IMG/VR virus record: IMGVR_UViG_2654588144_000016
Location: 1 to 64,000 of that record
From: a virus
Taxonomy: Duplodnaviria > Caudoviricetes
Length of the DNA stretch: 64,000 nucleotides
Reading direction: 5' to 3' (one strand)
Part shown: one piece after another, positions 9,759 to 20,360 of the stretch
Numbering within the stretch: the first letter of the stretch is position 1
Layout of the letters: every line of letters begins with the position of its first letter
Made by a program: the position numbers and the translations under genes
The notes under the pieces: model-generated
What the model was told of the DNA's origin: nothing
Databases searched by the model: none
The model's input: only the letters and a program-made list of their open reading frames with translations

Positions 9759-10613
9759 TTAATAATTTTTCACAACAATATGCATTTTATCATTGTTAAA
9801 GCGGTTTCTTATATTAACGGAATAGTTTTTATAGTATTCATCAAATATATATCCGTTGTATAGTTCTTCCGTTAATGATGTCTTTCCAATTACCATTAGC
9901 GCACGACATTGCAAATTTCTAAAATCTGCGGCTAACCGTCTATGTTCAGCTTCATCAAAACCATTCATCATATCAATATTGCCATAGTCGTTAAACACAC
10001 AATCATATGGTGGATCGAGAAAAATGAAATCCTCCTCTTCTGCCATATCAAAAATTTCTCTGTAATCAAGATTAAAAAGTTCTGCTCGCTGCAACAGTTC
10101 GCTGTGTTGTTGCGTTACCAGTCTTGTATTGAGATTGGGGTAACGTCCAAAGGGAACATTATATTCACCGTTACTATTATAGCGGATCATGCCAGAATAG
10201 GCTGTTTTATTGATGAAGAAATATAATACCCCATCTAAAAAGCTATTGTCTGGATGATTAAAGAGCTCTCGCATATGATAGTACAAGTCCTCATTTGCGT
10301 TTGGCACTCGTTCATCAGGGGTCAAAATTTTCAATCTTTTAAACTCGGCTTGATTAATCTCATAAATTCTTTGGAGCCTATCAAGTTGCGTGCGCATAGT
10401 TGGGTAGTCATCCCGTAATTGCTGATAAAAAGTCATTAACCGGGTATTTGCGTCATTAATAATCGCATTATCGGGTTCCAAATAAAAAAATACCGCTCCG
10501 CCTCCAAAGAAAGGCTCAATGTAACGGTTAAAGTCATCTGGAATATATTGAAGAAAGCGGGGTATTTCCCTCGATTTTCCTCCTCTATATTTTAAAACCG
10601 GGTTCATAAGCAC
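9759..10613 (-). CDS. Dam/D12-class N6-adenine DNA methyltransferase
   Basis: KYRGGK, EPFFGGG, DPPY motifs; coupled to endonuclease. Confidence 0.9.
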   Translation of the reverse strand: MLMNPVLKYRGGKSREIPRFLQYIPDDFNRYIEPFFGGGAVFFYLEPDNAIINDANTRLMTFYQQLRDDYPTMRTQLDRLQRIYEINQAEFKRLKILTPDERVPNANEDLYYHMRELFNHPDNSFLDGVLYFFINKTAYSGMIRYNSNGEYNVPFGRYPNLNTRLVTQQHSELLQRAELFNLDYREIFDMAEEEDFIFLDPPYDCVFNDYGNIDMMNGFDEAEHRRLAADFRNLQCRALMVIGKTSLTEELYNGYIFDEYYKNYSVNIRNRFNNDKMHIVVKNY

Positions 10614-10870
10614 ACCTCGCTTTCTGTAATTCTAAATGAAGGCTAAATCAATCCATAATTATTGTAGCATACAAGGCTGCTCTCTACAACTCATTTTTGC
10701 TACTTATCATAAATAAATATATGTGGATAGTGAAATCAAAATATTCATTTAGGGATATTGCAACTATTCTAAAACATAATTCGGAGTAGAGAAGAAAACA
10801 CTGAGAAATTGATTATTATATTGACTTACTGACAATAATATGATAGATTGAATATTAATTAAACATTCGT

Positions 10871-11011
10871 GTGTATATGCTAGCGATGCGGTCGCCTTGA
10901 CCATATACATAAACCTTGGGTCGCCAGGATGCCAAGATGTACAGCCAGCTCACGGAGCCTTGACGTTGTAAGTAGATGTAACAGTCTGCTTATTTCGCCA
11001 AGGCTTTTTTT
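10871..11011 (+). ncRNA. Unnamed ~140-nt structured RNA/leader, copy 1
   Basis: TTGACT-17-TAGATT promoter (10821..10849) upstream; stems covary with copy at 43521..43665; ends in hairpin plus T-run. Confidence 0.6.
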
Positions 11012-11170
11012 GTTAGTCATTCATGCCTTAGGGCTTGAATATATCGGCGATAGTCCTGCTGGGGTATGTTCCCGGTCTGCCAAAAGCTACAGGCGGCGAA
11101 ATGCCGCTTGCAGTTCCTCAACCGATTGAGAATTAGAACTTTTAACAATCAATTTTCGGAGGAAACAAAC

Positions 11171-11872
11171 ATGAACGCATTAAAAATTTTTAGTAATGAT
11201 GAATTTGGAGAAATTAGGACGGTAGAGATTGACGGAAAAATTTATTTTGTCGGTATTGATATTGCACGCGCACTTGGCTATTCCAATCCCAGTAAAGCGG
11301 TTATTCAACATTGCAAAGGGGTTACCAAATTGGGAATACCTTCAAATGGGGGCAAACAGGAGACGAATTGCATTCCAGAGGGAGATTTATACCGCTTGAT
11401 TACGCATAGCGAATTACCTTCTGCAGAACACTTTGAAAATTGGGTTTTTGATGAAGTCCTCCCCTCTATCCGTAAACACGGAATCTATGCAACCGACAAA
11501 GTAATCGACGACATCCTGAATAATCCGGATTTCGGAATCGAACTCCTAACAAAATTGAAAGAAGAACGAGCCGCCCGTCTGGTAGCAGAAAAGAAAAACG
11601 CCATTCTTATGCACGTCAACAAAACATATACGATGACAGAAATTGCCAAGGAACTCGGTCTGAAGTCTGCCATAGAACTGAACAAACTACTTGCCGAAAA
11701 GAAAATCCAATATAAAGTAAATGAAACGTGGGTCATGTATTCTCAGTACAGCGACTTGGGTTATGAGGAAATCAAACAGGAAGTCTTGGACAACGGCAAA
11801 GTTATCTATCACAGAAGAATTACACAGATGGGCCGGGAATTTATATTGAATTTATTCGATTTTGTAGCATAA
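11171..11872 (+). CDS. Phage antirepressor (BRO-N + KilA-C)
   Basis: FGEIRTV...WVFDEVLPSIRKHG BRO domain; ITQMGREFI C-terminus; GGAGG RBS before ATG 11171. Confidence 0.9.
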   Translation: MNALKIFSNDEFGEIRTVEIDGKIYFVGIDIARALGYSNPSKAVIQHCKGVTKLGIPSNGGKQETNCIPEGDLYRLITHSELPSAEHFENWVFDEVLPSIRKHGIYATDKVIDDILNNPDFGIELLTKLKEERAARLVAEKKNAILMHVNKTYTMTEIAKELGLKSAIELNKLLAEKKIQYKVNETWVMYSQYSDLGYEEIKQEVLDNGKVIYHRRITQMGREFILNLFDFVA

Positions 11873-12087
11873 ACTCTCCCGTATACTCTGAAATATCACA
11901 AGAGGGTGCCAATAATGGCACCCCATTAACAAATCAAGATATTTTTTTGCTCAAATAGCATCCCCTCCAAGTCACTGTGCTATCGCAGCAGTAGTATATG
12001 GGGCATTAGTTTCAACATCTACTGGTTCTCCCTTTTATCAAAGATATTTTAATAATATACCCAGTTATTTCGGTTAACTGTTTATTG

Positions 12088-12855
12088 TTATTTAATAGTC
12101 GTAAAAACTTTTCCACAATCCTGACAACGCCATCTGTCCAAATCTATACCTGCCTTTGCTTTTTTCACAACCTTTTCCTTTTCATTGAATAAGGTAAATG
12201 GCTTAAAAGGGTTAAGATTTAAACTTGTAGATGTTTTGGTTTTTGCTTCTCTCCCTCCAACGTTATCCTCGCCTAAATACTGCAAATTTGTACTGCTGCA
12301 TTTTGGACAATGAGGTGTATTTTTTAACCGTTTAGTTTCTTCCTTCTTTTTCCTTTTTCTTTCTGCCACATTCCTATTATATTCTTTTATATATTCTTGG
12401 TGCTTATCGTATTCCTCTATCTTTTCCGCTAAATATCGTTTAGAAATATCAAACCCAAAACTATTTGCAAATCTCATAGATATGGAATCGCCACTAAAAA
12501 AAATCCCTGGCTTCTCCTTTGGAAAAGACACTCTGATTTCTCCATATGAGCATGAAGTTGGCTTTTCTATAGACAAAATTCTTAATTTATTAATGCCGCC
12601 CGAATATACATTTCTTTCATTATCAACAATGCTAATTTTCTTTCCACAAAAATGAATCACCATATTCAACCGACATTCTACAATAGTTTCTTCTGGATAA
12701 TCGATTATTTCCGGTTCACAAGTATTAACGGCAATATCATTCATACTTTCCCATTCAGACTTAGGACACCCACAATATGGACACTGCATCGCTTTATTGC
12801 TAATTTCTTTTCCACATTCCGGACATTTAACTAACGCCATAAAATCCACTCCCAT
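12088..12855 (-). CDS. Zinc-ribbon moron protein
   Basis: CPECG..CPYCG N-terminal and CPKC..CQDCG C-terminal motifs. Confidence 0.7.
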   Translation of the reverse strand: MGVDFMALVKCPECGKEISNKAMQCPYCGCPKSEWESMNDIAVNTCEPEIIDYPEETIVECRLNMVIHFCGKKISIVDNERNVYSGGINKLRILSIEKPTSCSYGEIRVSFPKEKPGIFFSGDSISMRFANSFGFDISKRYLAEKIEEYDKHQEYIKEYNRNVAERKRKKKEETKRLKNTPHCPKCSSTNLQYLGEDNVGGREAKTKTSTSLNLNPFKPFTLFNEKEKVVKKAKAGIDLDRWRCQDCGKVFTTIK

Positions 12856-12937
12856 CTAACTCAAATATACTACCCTGATAATTCAATTACTTTTAGAATT
12901 ATTTTGCAGAAGGGCCCCTTTTATGTTTTATTCTCAT

Positions 12938-13516
12938 CTAATTGTTTTTATCCCAAACCAACTCCAAGTACACCTTTTCAATATCACTTGGTAATTTGTC
13001 TACAATATCAAAATCAGAGGCTGTTCCTCTAATTTCTATTGTGTTTTCCTTGGAAAGACGGTTCCTTATCTCTACATCAATAAAAATACCAGCATCATTC
13101 AGAGATGTCTTGCGTTCAGAAATCATTTCAAAAAAATACTTTTTCTCGCTACCTTGTATCGCCGATTTTATTTCCCCAAACTCATTTAGTTCCATAATAT
13201 TTTTGTCTGAAGACATATATGATTTGTCATAAACTGAAATAGAATAATCTTTTTCAAACCAATACTGATCATCTTCGTCCAATGCAGATAAATCAAACTC
13301 TAAAACAATATAGCCGCTATATCCATGTTCTGTTTTTAATTGTTGAATGAATACATTGCTCAGTTCAACAATCCCATCCTCTGTTTCAATTTCAACAGGC
13401 AGATGGAATCTGTCCTCTGTTTCTTCGATAGATGCCTCCGTGGTTACGTTAGGATTTTGTGCGGAACATCCACATATCATCAGACAACTCACTAATATCA
13501 ATATAGTATTCTTCAT
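12938..13516 (-). CDS. Lipoprotein moron
   Basis: Signal peptide with ICGC lipobox; TTGAAA-17-TACAAT promoter at 13545..13573. Confidence 0.7.
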   Translation of the reverse strand: MKNTILILVSCLMICGCSAQNPNVTTEASIEETEDRFHLPVEIETEDGIVELSNVFIQQLKTEHGYSGYIVLEFDLSALDEDDQYWFEKDYSISVYDKSYMSSDKNIMELNEFGEIKSAIQGSEKKYFFEMISERKTSLNDAGIFIDVEIRNRLSKENTIEIRGTASDFDIVDKLPSDIEKVYLELVWDKNN

Positions 13517-13580
13517 ATGTACCCCCCTCCAATCTGATATCAAAATTGTATCATTTCGGGAGGGGATTTTCAATATTCCA

Positions 13581-13913
13581 TCAGTCAATTCCTTTAAATC
13601 CTGTTTTTCCTGTGCGATTATAACGCTGTGCTACGCCTCTACATGTAGCATTATAAATATCTGAATCGCCAATTACTGTAGGATTCTCCTGCATTGCTCT
13701 GCTTTGTGCTTTATAAACTGCCTCTCCAAGTTTATCGTAATCAATTATTCCTGCCAAAGAAGCACACAATTCTGCTGTATAATCCATGTTGATAGAACCA
13801 GTGTTAAAGCTTGGCAAGGATACCTGTGGTGCCATAGCATATTGATTTAATAAATCATTCCCCAGCGAATAAGTAAAATCAGAACCAGGAAGGGCTATAC
13901 TGTATCCGTTCAA
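13581..13913 (-). pseudogene. Orphan tape-measure C-terminal fragment
   Basis: ELCASLAGIIDYDKLGE...RTG resembles TMP C-terminus ELKAALSDIIDYDKLGD...RTG; no clear RBS. Confidence 0.6.
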
Positions 13914-14025
13914 CTTCTTTTCAATAAAACTTAAACTAAAAGCACCCGTTTTTCCAGGTGCTTTTACTTAGTTCTGCTTATTGTTTCCTTTTTGCGTTCC
14001 GCAATACTATCCTTTGTTAATAATT

Positions 14026-14796
14026 TTATTTTCTTCCTGTTAAATAAAATTCTATTCTATCAAAATCCTCATATGCAGTAACCTGCTTTGATATTGTCTT
14101 TCCGGGTTTAATTTGGGAATCATCATCTGTAAAATATGTGCTTTCATATCCTACCAGTTCATTTTCCTTAAAAAACAGTGCATACCCCTCAACAAATTCC
14201 GCTGAATCTTTCCCGTTATTTGTGACTTGGAAAACAGCTCCACCGTCAATATCGTTTTGAACAAACGACAAATCTTCGATTACTGATTTATAGTATTGGC
14301 TTGGTGATGTGTTTAACTCCATTTCATAGCGAGATATTTGTGCATTTGTTTCAAATGATTCATATAATACTGATGTACATCCAGCCCCAAGTGCATCAAG
14401 TTTTCCGTTTGCCGCTCCAACCATTGTGCCGTCCTCCGAATACGCCAATGATGAAGTGGAAATATCAACCGTTTCGTTTGAGTTGTTTTTGACTATAATA
14501 AAATGCCGTGTATACCAGCCAATTCCATCTGGCAATGTATACTCCGCCAGAACTTCAACATTCTCATTTTGGCTTTCCTTAGTCTCCGAAGTTTCCTTAC
14601 TTTCAGTTTCATCAGTTGATACTTTTTCTCCTTCATGTTGGATGTTATTAGAAACATCAGCCTCCAAAGATTCTAGCTTTTGCGTTAATGCATCCCTTTC
14701 GGCAACCACACTTTCATACAACTCCTGCGTTATCCCAGAATTACTACATCCGGTCAAAATCAGGCATCCAATTAACATAACAGCTATTTTCCTCAT
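14026..14796 (-). CDS. Lipoprotein moron with FxLYD-like domains
   Basis: LTGC lipobox; two beta-sandwich repeats; TTGTCA-17-TATAAT promoter at 14826..14854. Confidence 0.75.
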   Translation of the reverse strand: MRKIAVMLIGCLILTGCSNSGITQELYESVVAERDALTQKLESLEADVSNNIQHEGEKVSTDETESKETSETKESQNENVEVLAEYTLPDGIGWYTRHFIIVKNNSNETVDISTSSLAYSEDGTMVGAANGKLDALGAGCTSVLYESFETNAQISRYEMELNTSPSQYYKSVIEDLSFVQNDIDGGAVFQVTNNGKDSAEFVEGYALFFKENELVGYESTYFTDDDSQIKPGKTISKQVTAYEDFDRIEFYLTGRK

Positions 14797-15037
14797 GAAA
14801 TCATCCCCCTTTGTAATATGCTTTCATTATAGCATGAAGGGAGGGGAATGACAATACAAAAGCCTATGAACTCTGACCCTTTGAAATCGTTATACAAACC
14901 GAATAATGATATTTTTCCCACTTGTTCCATATTTCTTTTATGGTTAGTATATATTCATCCGGTTAATAGATAATACCACCCTGATATCTCCTCGCCTTGA
15001 TATTTTTATAATAACACAAAGCGAGGAGATGATTTAA

Positions 15038-18000
15038 TTAAACAATTGGAACCGGAGAGCGCCCTGTTCTCTTTACTTCCTGCCGCCACTTTTCTTTTGT
15101 ATTATTGTATGCCTTATTGGAATCAAGTTCAGCTGTTATATTTGCCCTCTCCAACTTAGCAACTAGTACATCCCCTAGTTTATCATAATCAATAATGTCA
15201 GATAAAGCCGCTTTAAGTTCAGCCGATATATCCGCTTTGAAGTTTGAGTGTCCAATGTCAAATGCCATACTTGTTCTTGTATCAACCTGGTTGAAAATAT
15301 CTCTGTTAATTCTTACGCTAGTGTCTATCATCGGAATAGGTATAGTATTGGATGTCAAACCGTTTACAAAGTCATCAACTTTCGATTGAACCATGCCGAA
15401 TTTATTGACAATACCATTCATTAGGCCTACTGTAAAATAATCACCAATCTGGAATGCCTTTTTGGATGGAGAATGCTCATCAAATCCGGCTTTGAATCCA
15501 TCAATTACTCCACGACAAAAATCTCCAATTTTCGTTCCTAGCCAATTCGTTAAATTGAAAATTCCTTCCCAAAGTCCTTTTACCAAATTTTCTCCAACAG
15601 TTATAATTTTCTTTGGTAATTCTCCAAAAAATTCAATTACTTTATCTACAATTTTAGGCACTTCGGTCTGGAAGAAAGAAACTGTATTCTTTCCCCATTC
15701 AACAATTTTTTCTTTTATCTTTATGATAGTATCATATATCTTTCCAGGAAGTTCAGAAAACCATATCACAACATTTGAAATCGTTTCATGAACCTTTTCA
15801 TTAAATGCCGCCAGAACCTCACTTCCCCAAGCAGCAACTTTTGATACAGTTCCAGAAATTGCCGCATAAATTCTTCCTGGCAATTCAGAAAACCACGTTG
15901 CGATACTTGAAATGATTTCCGGAATTTTCTGCTCCAAATACCCTACTAAATCAGCTCCCCATTTAGTTACTGTGCCAAGTGCATAACCAAGCGCATAGCC
16001 GATTTTCCCCGGCAACTGATTAAACCATTCTCCTATATCTGATACAACACCACCAATTTTCTCTGGAATCCCGCCTAAATAATCAAGAAGTGCATCCCAC
16101 TTTTTAGAAGCTGTAGTCTTTACAAGTTCCCATACTTTCGAAAGTTTGTCTGGAATCCCTTCAAAAAACGGAACCACTATTCCAGACCACCACTCTGGCA
16201 CAGTAACAGTCCAAAACTCTTTTATTTCATCCCAGTGCGTTACTGTATAAATCACTCCTGCAACCGCGGCGGCAGCGGCGGCTATAACAATTGCTCCGGC
16301 AGCGGCTACGCTGACTCCAAGAGTACCTGCAAGTGCAGTTATTCCACCAGTTATCATTGTTCCAATAGACGATAATGCTCCCGTAATCGTTCCCGGAATT
16401 GTTACTGTGAAAAACGTTTTAATTGGCGTAAGAATCAAACTAGAAAGAACCGCTGGCAACGATGCTCCCGTCTCTGCCATCGTTGTAGTAATTGTGCTTA
16501 CAATAAGGCTGCTCGGAAATGCCTTTGAGAGGACCTTTCCAATACCAGCAAAGGAAAGTCCTTTTGCCAAACTGGATAATATTGATTTTGATATGGCCGT
16601 TGCTGCCTGTTTTGCCAATGCACCGCTAAATAAGAGTTTCCCAAACTTTTTAACCGTAATTGACCCAATGATTATCCCAACCGTCTCTAGCTCGATATTA
16701 CCCAAAAAGTCTTTAACCCCAGAGAAAATAGTTTTCCAATCAAGCCCTGAAATTGCAGTCTTTATGGTTGTCCAAATGCCCTGAACCCACACATTAATGC
16801 TTTTTGCAAGCAAGCTAAAATCGAATGTACCAAAAAACTCGTTTATCCCTGTTGAAATAGAAAGTCCAAAGTCCTTCCAATCAAAAGTAACACCGAAGGA
16901 ATCCATGAAATGCAATGCTGTATTCAGACATCCGGCAATCGTGCCGCCAACTGAACCGAACAGTTCCGGTGAAATCAATCCATTTAAAAATTCTGCTAAT
17001 CCATTACCAAAACCTTGTGCCACTGAATAGACAGACTCCCAGTTAATTGATTTCAAAGCTCCTGTTATGCCATCACCAATGTATTGACCTATTCCGAAAT
17101 AGTCTCCAGATTTGAACGCATTACAAATTTTATCGGCCATCTCCTGTGCGGAGTTTTCCATATTTGCAAATGCTGCGTCCCAAGCTGCCTGATACTCAGC
17201 AAACGCATCATTGAAAGCATCATCCAACAGGCCACCTGCACCACCGCCAGAACCACTTCCACCGCTACCGGAATCTTTTTGCGAATTAACAACATTCAGG
17301 TTATCGAATTCTTGAAGGTTGTCTGCCATCTTCTTTGTGTTCTTTGCAGCATCACCGGTACTATCTGCAATACCGTCAGCAGCATCTTCCATATCCCCAA
17401 AATCCGTAGCCGCAGAACCAATCGAAGAACTAAAACCGCCTATCTTTATTCCCAACAAACCGCCTATCCAAGAAAATAGCCTTTGTATAGCGATTACCAG
17501 CGCGTTTATGTATGGAAGGACTTTTGATACTATAGGCAGAAGCAAGTTACCTATTGTTCGTGCCAAATTTGCAAAATTAGCCTGTAACAGGCGTAACTGG
17601 TTTGCTGGCTGTCCTATCGTATCAGCCATATCACCCCACGCATATTTAGTAGATTGGAGTAAAATAATAGTCCGTAAAAGTGCCTTGTCCTGCTGTCCCA
17701 GTTTTGCAATTTTAGCATCTATACCTAACTCATATAATTTCTCTTGCAGATTCACATTACGAATATTGACACCGTACTTATCCAATGTTCGGCTCATACC
17801 GACCATGCCAGATGCCATATCCTGCCATACATCCTCAAACTTAAGATTCTTTACGGAAGCTAAATCCGCTCCAATCATAGTAAGGGCATTGGATAACTTC
17901 AAAGCAGTTTCAGAAGCAACACCCATAGAGGATGCCATTTGACCAAAAGTAGCTTGATAATTCATAAGCTTTTCTGGGTCCAATCCAAGACTGGGCATTC

Positions 18001-19342
18001 CAGTTGCTATTAGATTCCCATATGCATCTGGTTGAAATCCTGTCATTTTACCTGTCAATGCTTTTGCTCTCTCACTGAAAGATTTAGCATAAGCTTCAGC
18101 AGACTCATAACCAGCTTTCTTCCACTCTCCTGCCGCATTCCCAGCGACCTGCCCCCATGCAGCGTCAAAATAATTCAATGTCTCAATATAATCCATGGAT
18201 GATTCTGTGGCCTTCCACAATGCTTTGGCTCCACGAATCAGCAAGAAACACTTGGCATAGAACATACCAATTTGGGAAACTAAACCTTTTGTAGCTTTGG
18301 TCGCTCTACTTGCGCTACTGGAATATAAGTTTAATCCTCGGTACATCGCCGTCGATGCACTGCTAACCCTTGAACCATTTCCGGCCAGGTTAGCCAGAGC
18401 TGTTGTCATTTGTATAAGATTTTGGCTTACAGCTGGTGCATGGGATAATGTTGCCATTAATTGGGTCAATGCCGTACCAAGTGCCTGAATATTAGGAATC
18501 GCCGTTGTGGCCGCCTTGCCTCCCAGTTTAGTAATGGAAGAAACAAGATTAGCCAGACTGGTTGTATCAAAGCTAAGTGAACCTATCCCATTCAAACCAC
18601 TCACGAATCGCAATATCTGGTCCTTTATCGGTTTCAGATTTGTTGCGGCTTGTGTTGCTTTTGCACCACCTAATCTGGTAATATTGCTCACAAGATTATT
18701 AAGCCCAGCAAAATCGAACGCGACACTTCCAACAGTATTCATACTCGTAATGAATCCCCTTAAAGCTGTGGAAATCTGAGGAAGATTCTTGACCGACTGC
18801 GTAGCATTTGTGCTCCCAAGTCGGCTCACGCTATTTACCAGCGATACTAGTCCATTCGCATCAAAAGTTAAACTTCCGGCACCATTCATTCCAGTAATAA
18901 AATCTTTCATACTGGTTTTCAGAAACTCCAAATTCTGCGTCGCCTCTGTCACTGTTGCCCGCCCTAGTTTGGATATGGCATTGGCTATGTTAGAAATCCC
19001 ATCAGAATCCACATGAACATCATTAAGCCCCATCATATTAGCTGCAAATGTGGACATGGCCTGAGCTGTCGCTGCAACTCCCTGGGCATCTACTGTTGCC
19101 AGTTTATTCATTCCAGTAGCAACTCTACTAAAATCTGCCGTCTTTGTTCTGTTATTAAAATTCTGAATGGACGCCGATATCTGATTAATTCCGGAAGCAA
19201 TATTACTTACATTGGACATTTCAAGACCAGTAATTGTGGACTGGAATTTCATCATTTTTGCAATGAACTTATCCAATTTCGCATCTGCGCTCTGCGTACT
19301 AGCGTCTATTTGGACTTTTAAATCATCAATTACATCTGACAT
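15038..19342 (-). CDS. Tape measure protein
   Basis: ~1430 aa helical, Ala/Gly-rich with Trp/Phe periodicity; follows tail chaperones. Confidence 0.9.
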   Translation of the reverse strand: MSDVIDDLKVQIDASTQSADAKLDKFIAKMMKFQSTITGLEMSNVSNIASGINQISASIQNFNNRTKTADFSRVATGMNKLATVDAQGVAATAQAMSTFAANMMGLNDVHVDSDGISNIANAISKLGRATVTEATQNLEFLKTSMKDFITGMNGAGSLTFDANGLVSLVNSVSRLGSTNATQSVKNLPQISTALRGFITSMNTVGSVAFDFAGLNNLVSNITRLGGAKATQAATNLKPIKDQILRFVSGLNGIGSLSFDTTSLANLVSSITKLGGKAATTAIPNIQALGTALTQLMATLSHAPAVSQNLIQMTTALANLAGNGSRVSSASTAMYRGLNLYSSSASRATKATKGLVSQIGMFYAKCFLLIRGAKALWKATESSMDYIETLNYFDAAWGQVAGNAAGEWKKAGYESAEAYAKSFSERAKALTGKMTGFQPDAYGNLIATGMPSLGLDPEKLMNYQATFGQMASSMGVASETALKLSNALTMIGADLASVKNLKFEDVWQDMASGMVGMSRTLDKYGVNIRNVNLQEKLYELGIDAKIAKLGQQDKALLRTIILLQSTKYAWGDMADTIGQPANQLRLLQANFANLARTIGNLLLPIVSKVLPYINALVIAIQRLFSWIGGLLGIKIGGFSSSIGSAATDFGDMEDAADGIADSTGDAAKNTKKMADNLQEFDNLNVVNSQKDSGSGGSGSGGGAGGLLDDAFNDAFAEYQAAWDAAFANMENSAQEMADKICNAFKSGDYFGIGQYIGDGITGALKSINWESVYSVAQGFGNGLAEFLNGLISPELFGSVGGTIAGCLNTALHFMDSFGVTFDWKDFGLSISTGINEFFGTFDFSLLAKSINVWVQGIWTTIKTAISGLDWKTIFSGVKDFLGNIELETVGIIIGSITVKKFGKLLFSGALAKQAATAISKSILSSLAKGLSFAGIGKVLSKAFPSSLIVSTITTTMAETGASLPAVLSSLILTPIKTFFTVTIPGTITGALSSIGTMITGGITALAGTLGVSVAAAGAIVIAAAAAAVAGVIYTVTHWDEIKEFWTVTVPEWWSGIVVPFFEGIPDKLSKVWELVKTTASKKWDALLDYLGGIPEKIGGVVSDIGEWFNQLPGKIGYALGYALGTVTKWGADLVGYLEQKIPEIISSIATWFSELPGRIYAAISGTVSKVAAWGSEVLAAFNEKVHETISNVVIWFSELPGKIYDTIIKIKEKIVEWGKNTVSFFQTEVPKIVDKVIEFFGELPKKIITVGENLVKGLWEGIFNLTNWLGTKIGDFCRGVIDGFKAGFDEHSPSKKAFQIGDYFTVGLMNGIVNKFGMVQSKVDDFVNGLTSNTIPIPMIDTSVRINRDIFNQVDTRTSMAFDIGHSNFKADISAELKAALSDIIDYDKLGDVLVAKLERANITAELDSNKAYNNTKEKWRQEVKRTGRSPVPIV

Positions 19343-19453
19343 GATTTCACCTACCTTTTCTGCATATAAAAAAAGGCGGGTAACTGCTTTAGTCACTCGC
19401 CCTATTGGTTTATAGAAACTATGTTGTTAAAATAGGCAAATAGGCTGTAACAC

Positions 19454-19842
19454 CTACATGCCCTCATTTTTCTTTTTCACATCTTTCTCAAACGAATCCG
19501 CAAAACCAAGGAATTTTTGTAATTCTTTATCTTCTTCCTGCCGCCTTTCTTCTTCTGTCATAGGAATTACCCGATATGGCTTTTCAGGGTATTTCCCTTT
19601 TCCTTTGCGTTTAACGAAAGGCATCATGTTACATACAGTTGCATCTAATGCCGCCATAACAAGTTGACCCATCATCCACATTTCATCACTTCGCTCTTGC
19701 TGTTTCTGTCCATATGCTTTAATAAACGGAATCAGTTTTGTTGGATTGAGGTGCCAGAACAATTCATAAGGGACACCTATTTTTAGCGCAAGCGGAAGAT
19801 AATGCTCCCAAATTATTTTGTGGAAGTTGACTTCCTCTTTCG
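19454..19842 (-). CDS. Tail assembly chaperone extension (gpGT-like, -1 frame)
   Basis: ALKIGVPYELFWHLNP motif; overlaps chaperone 3' end in -1 frame; CGA AAG at 19837..19842. Confidence 0.6.
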
Positions 19843-20343
19843 GTCTGTCGGAACTTTCGGTAATGTGGACTGTTCTGTCTCCTTTTCTGCTTCCTTTATC
19901 GCCTTCTCCATGGCCTCTGACATTTCCTTCAGATACTTGTCCAGGCCGGTAAGTTTGAAAAAACCATCTTCCTCCATACATCCTTTCAAGAACTCATACA
20001 TTCCCAGAAATGATGCGCGGTCATCATCCGGATTTTCCTTTACAAACTGCTTAAACAACTGCTTTGCTGCTTTTTCATCTTTAACAGGATTATTTTCCAG
20101 AAGGCCCGCATAAAAGCAAGTAATGGACAGAGACGCCATATCGGAAATCATATCAGCTGTTCCGTCCATCATGGCCACCGCCATTTCAGCCTTTCCCTCT
20201 TTTCCAGTGATTCCACGCTTCATAATGTAGCCTCCAGAAACCACTTTAAAAACTTTGTCCACACAAGCCTTATATTCTGCCGCATCAAAGGCAAATTCAA
20301 TTTGATATTCCTTGCCACCAATCGTCAAAATTCTCATGTTCAT
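19813..20343 (-). CDS. Tail assembly chaperone
   Basis: Position between major tail and TMP; LTIGGKEYQIEF start. Confidence 0.75.
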   Translation of the reverse strand: MNMRILTIGGKEYQIEFAFDAAEYKACVDKVFKVVSGGYIMKRGITGKEGKAEMAVAMMDGTADMISDMASLSITCFYAGLLENNPVKDEKAAKQLFKQFVKENPDDDRASFLGMYEFLKGCMEEDGFFKLTGLDKYLKEMSEAMEKAIKEAEKETEQSTLPKVPTDRKRKSTSTK

Positions 20344-20360
20344 TTACCTCCCAGTTTTCT

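Noticed and set aside
10697-10705. AAGTAGCAA (minus) as a degenerate site bounding the R-M module
   Set aside because: Right arm ATTTA is missing; 9-bp match too weak to support
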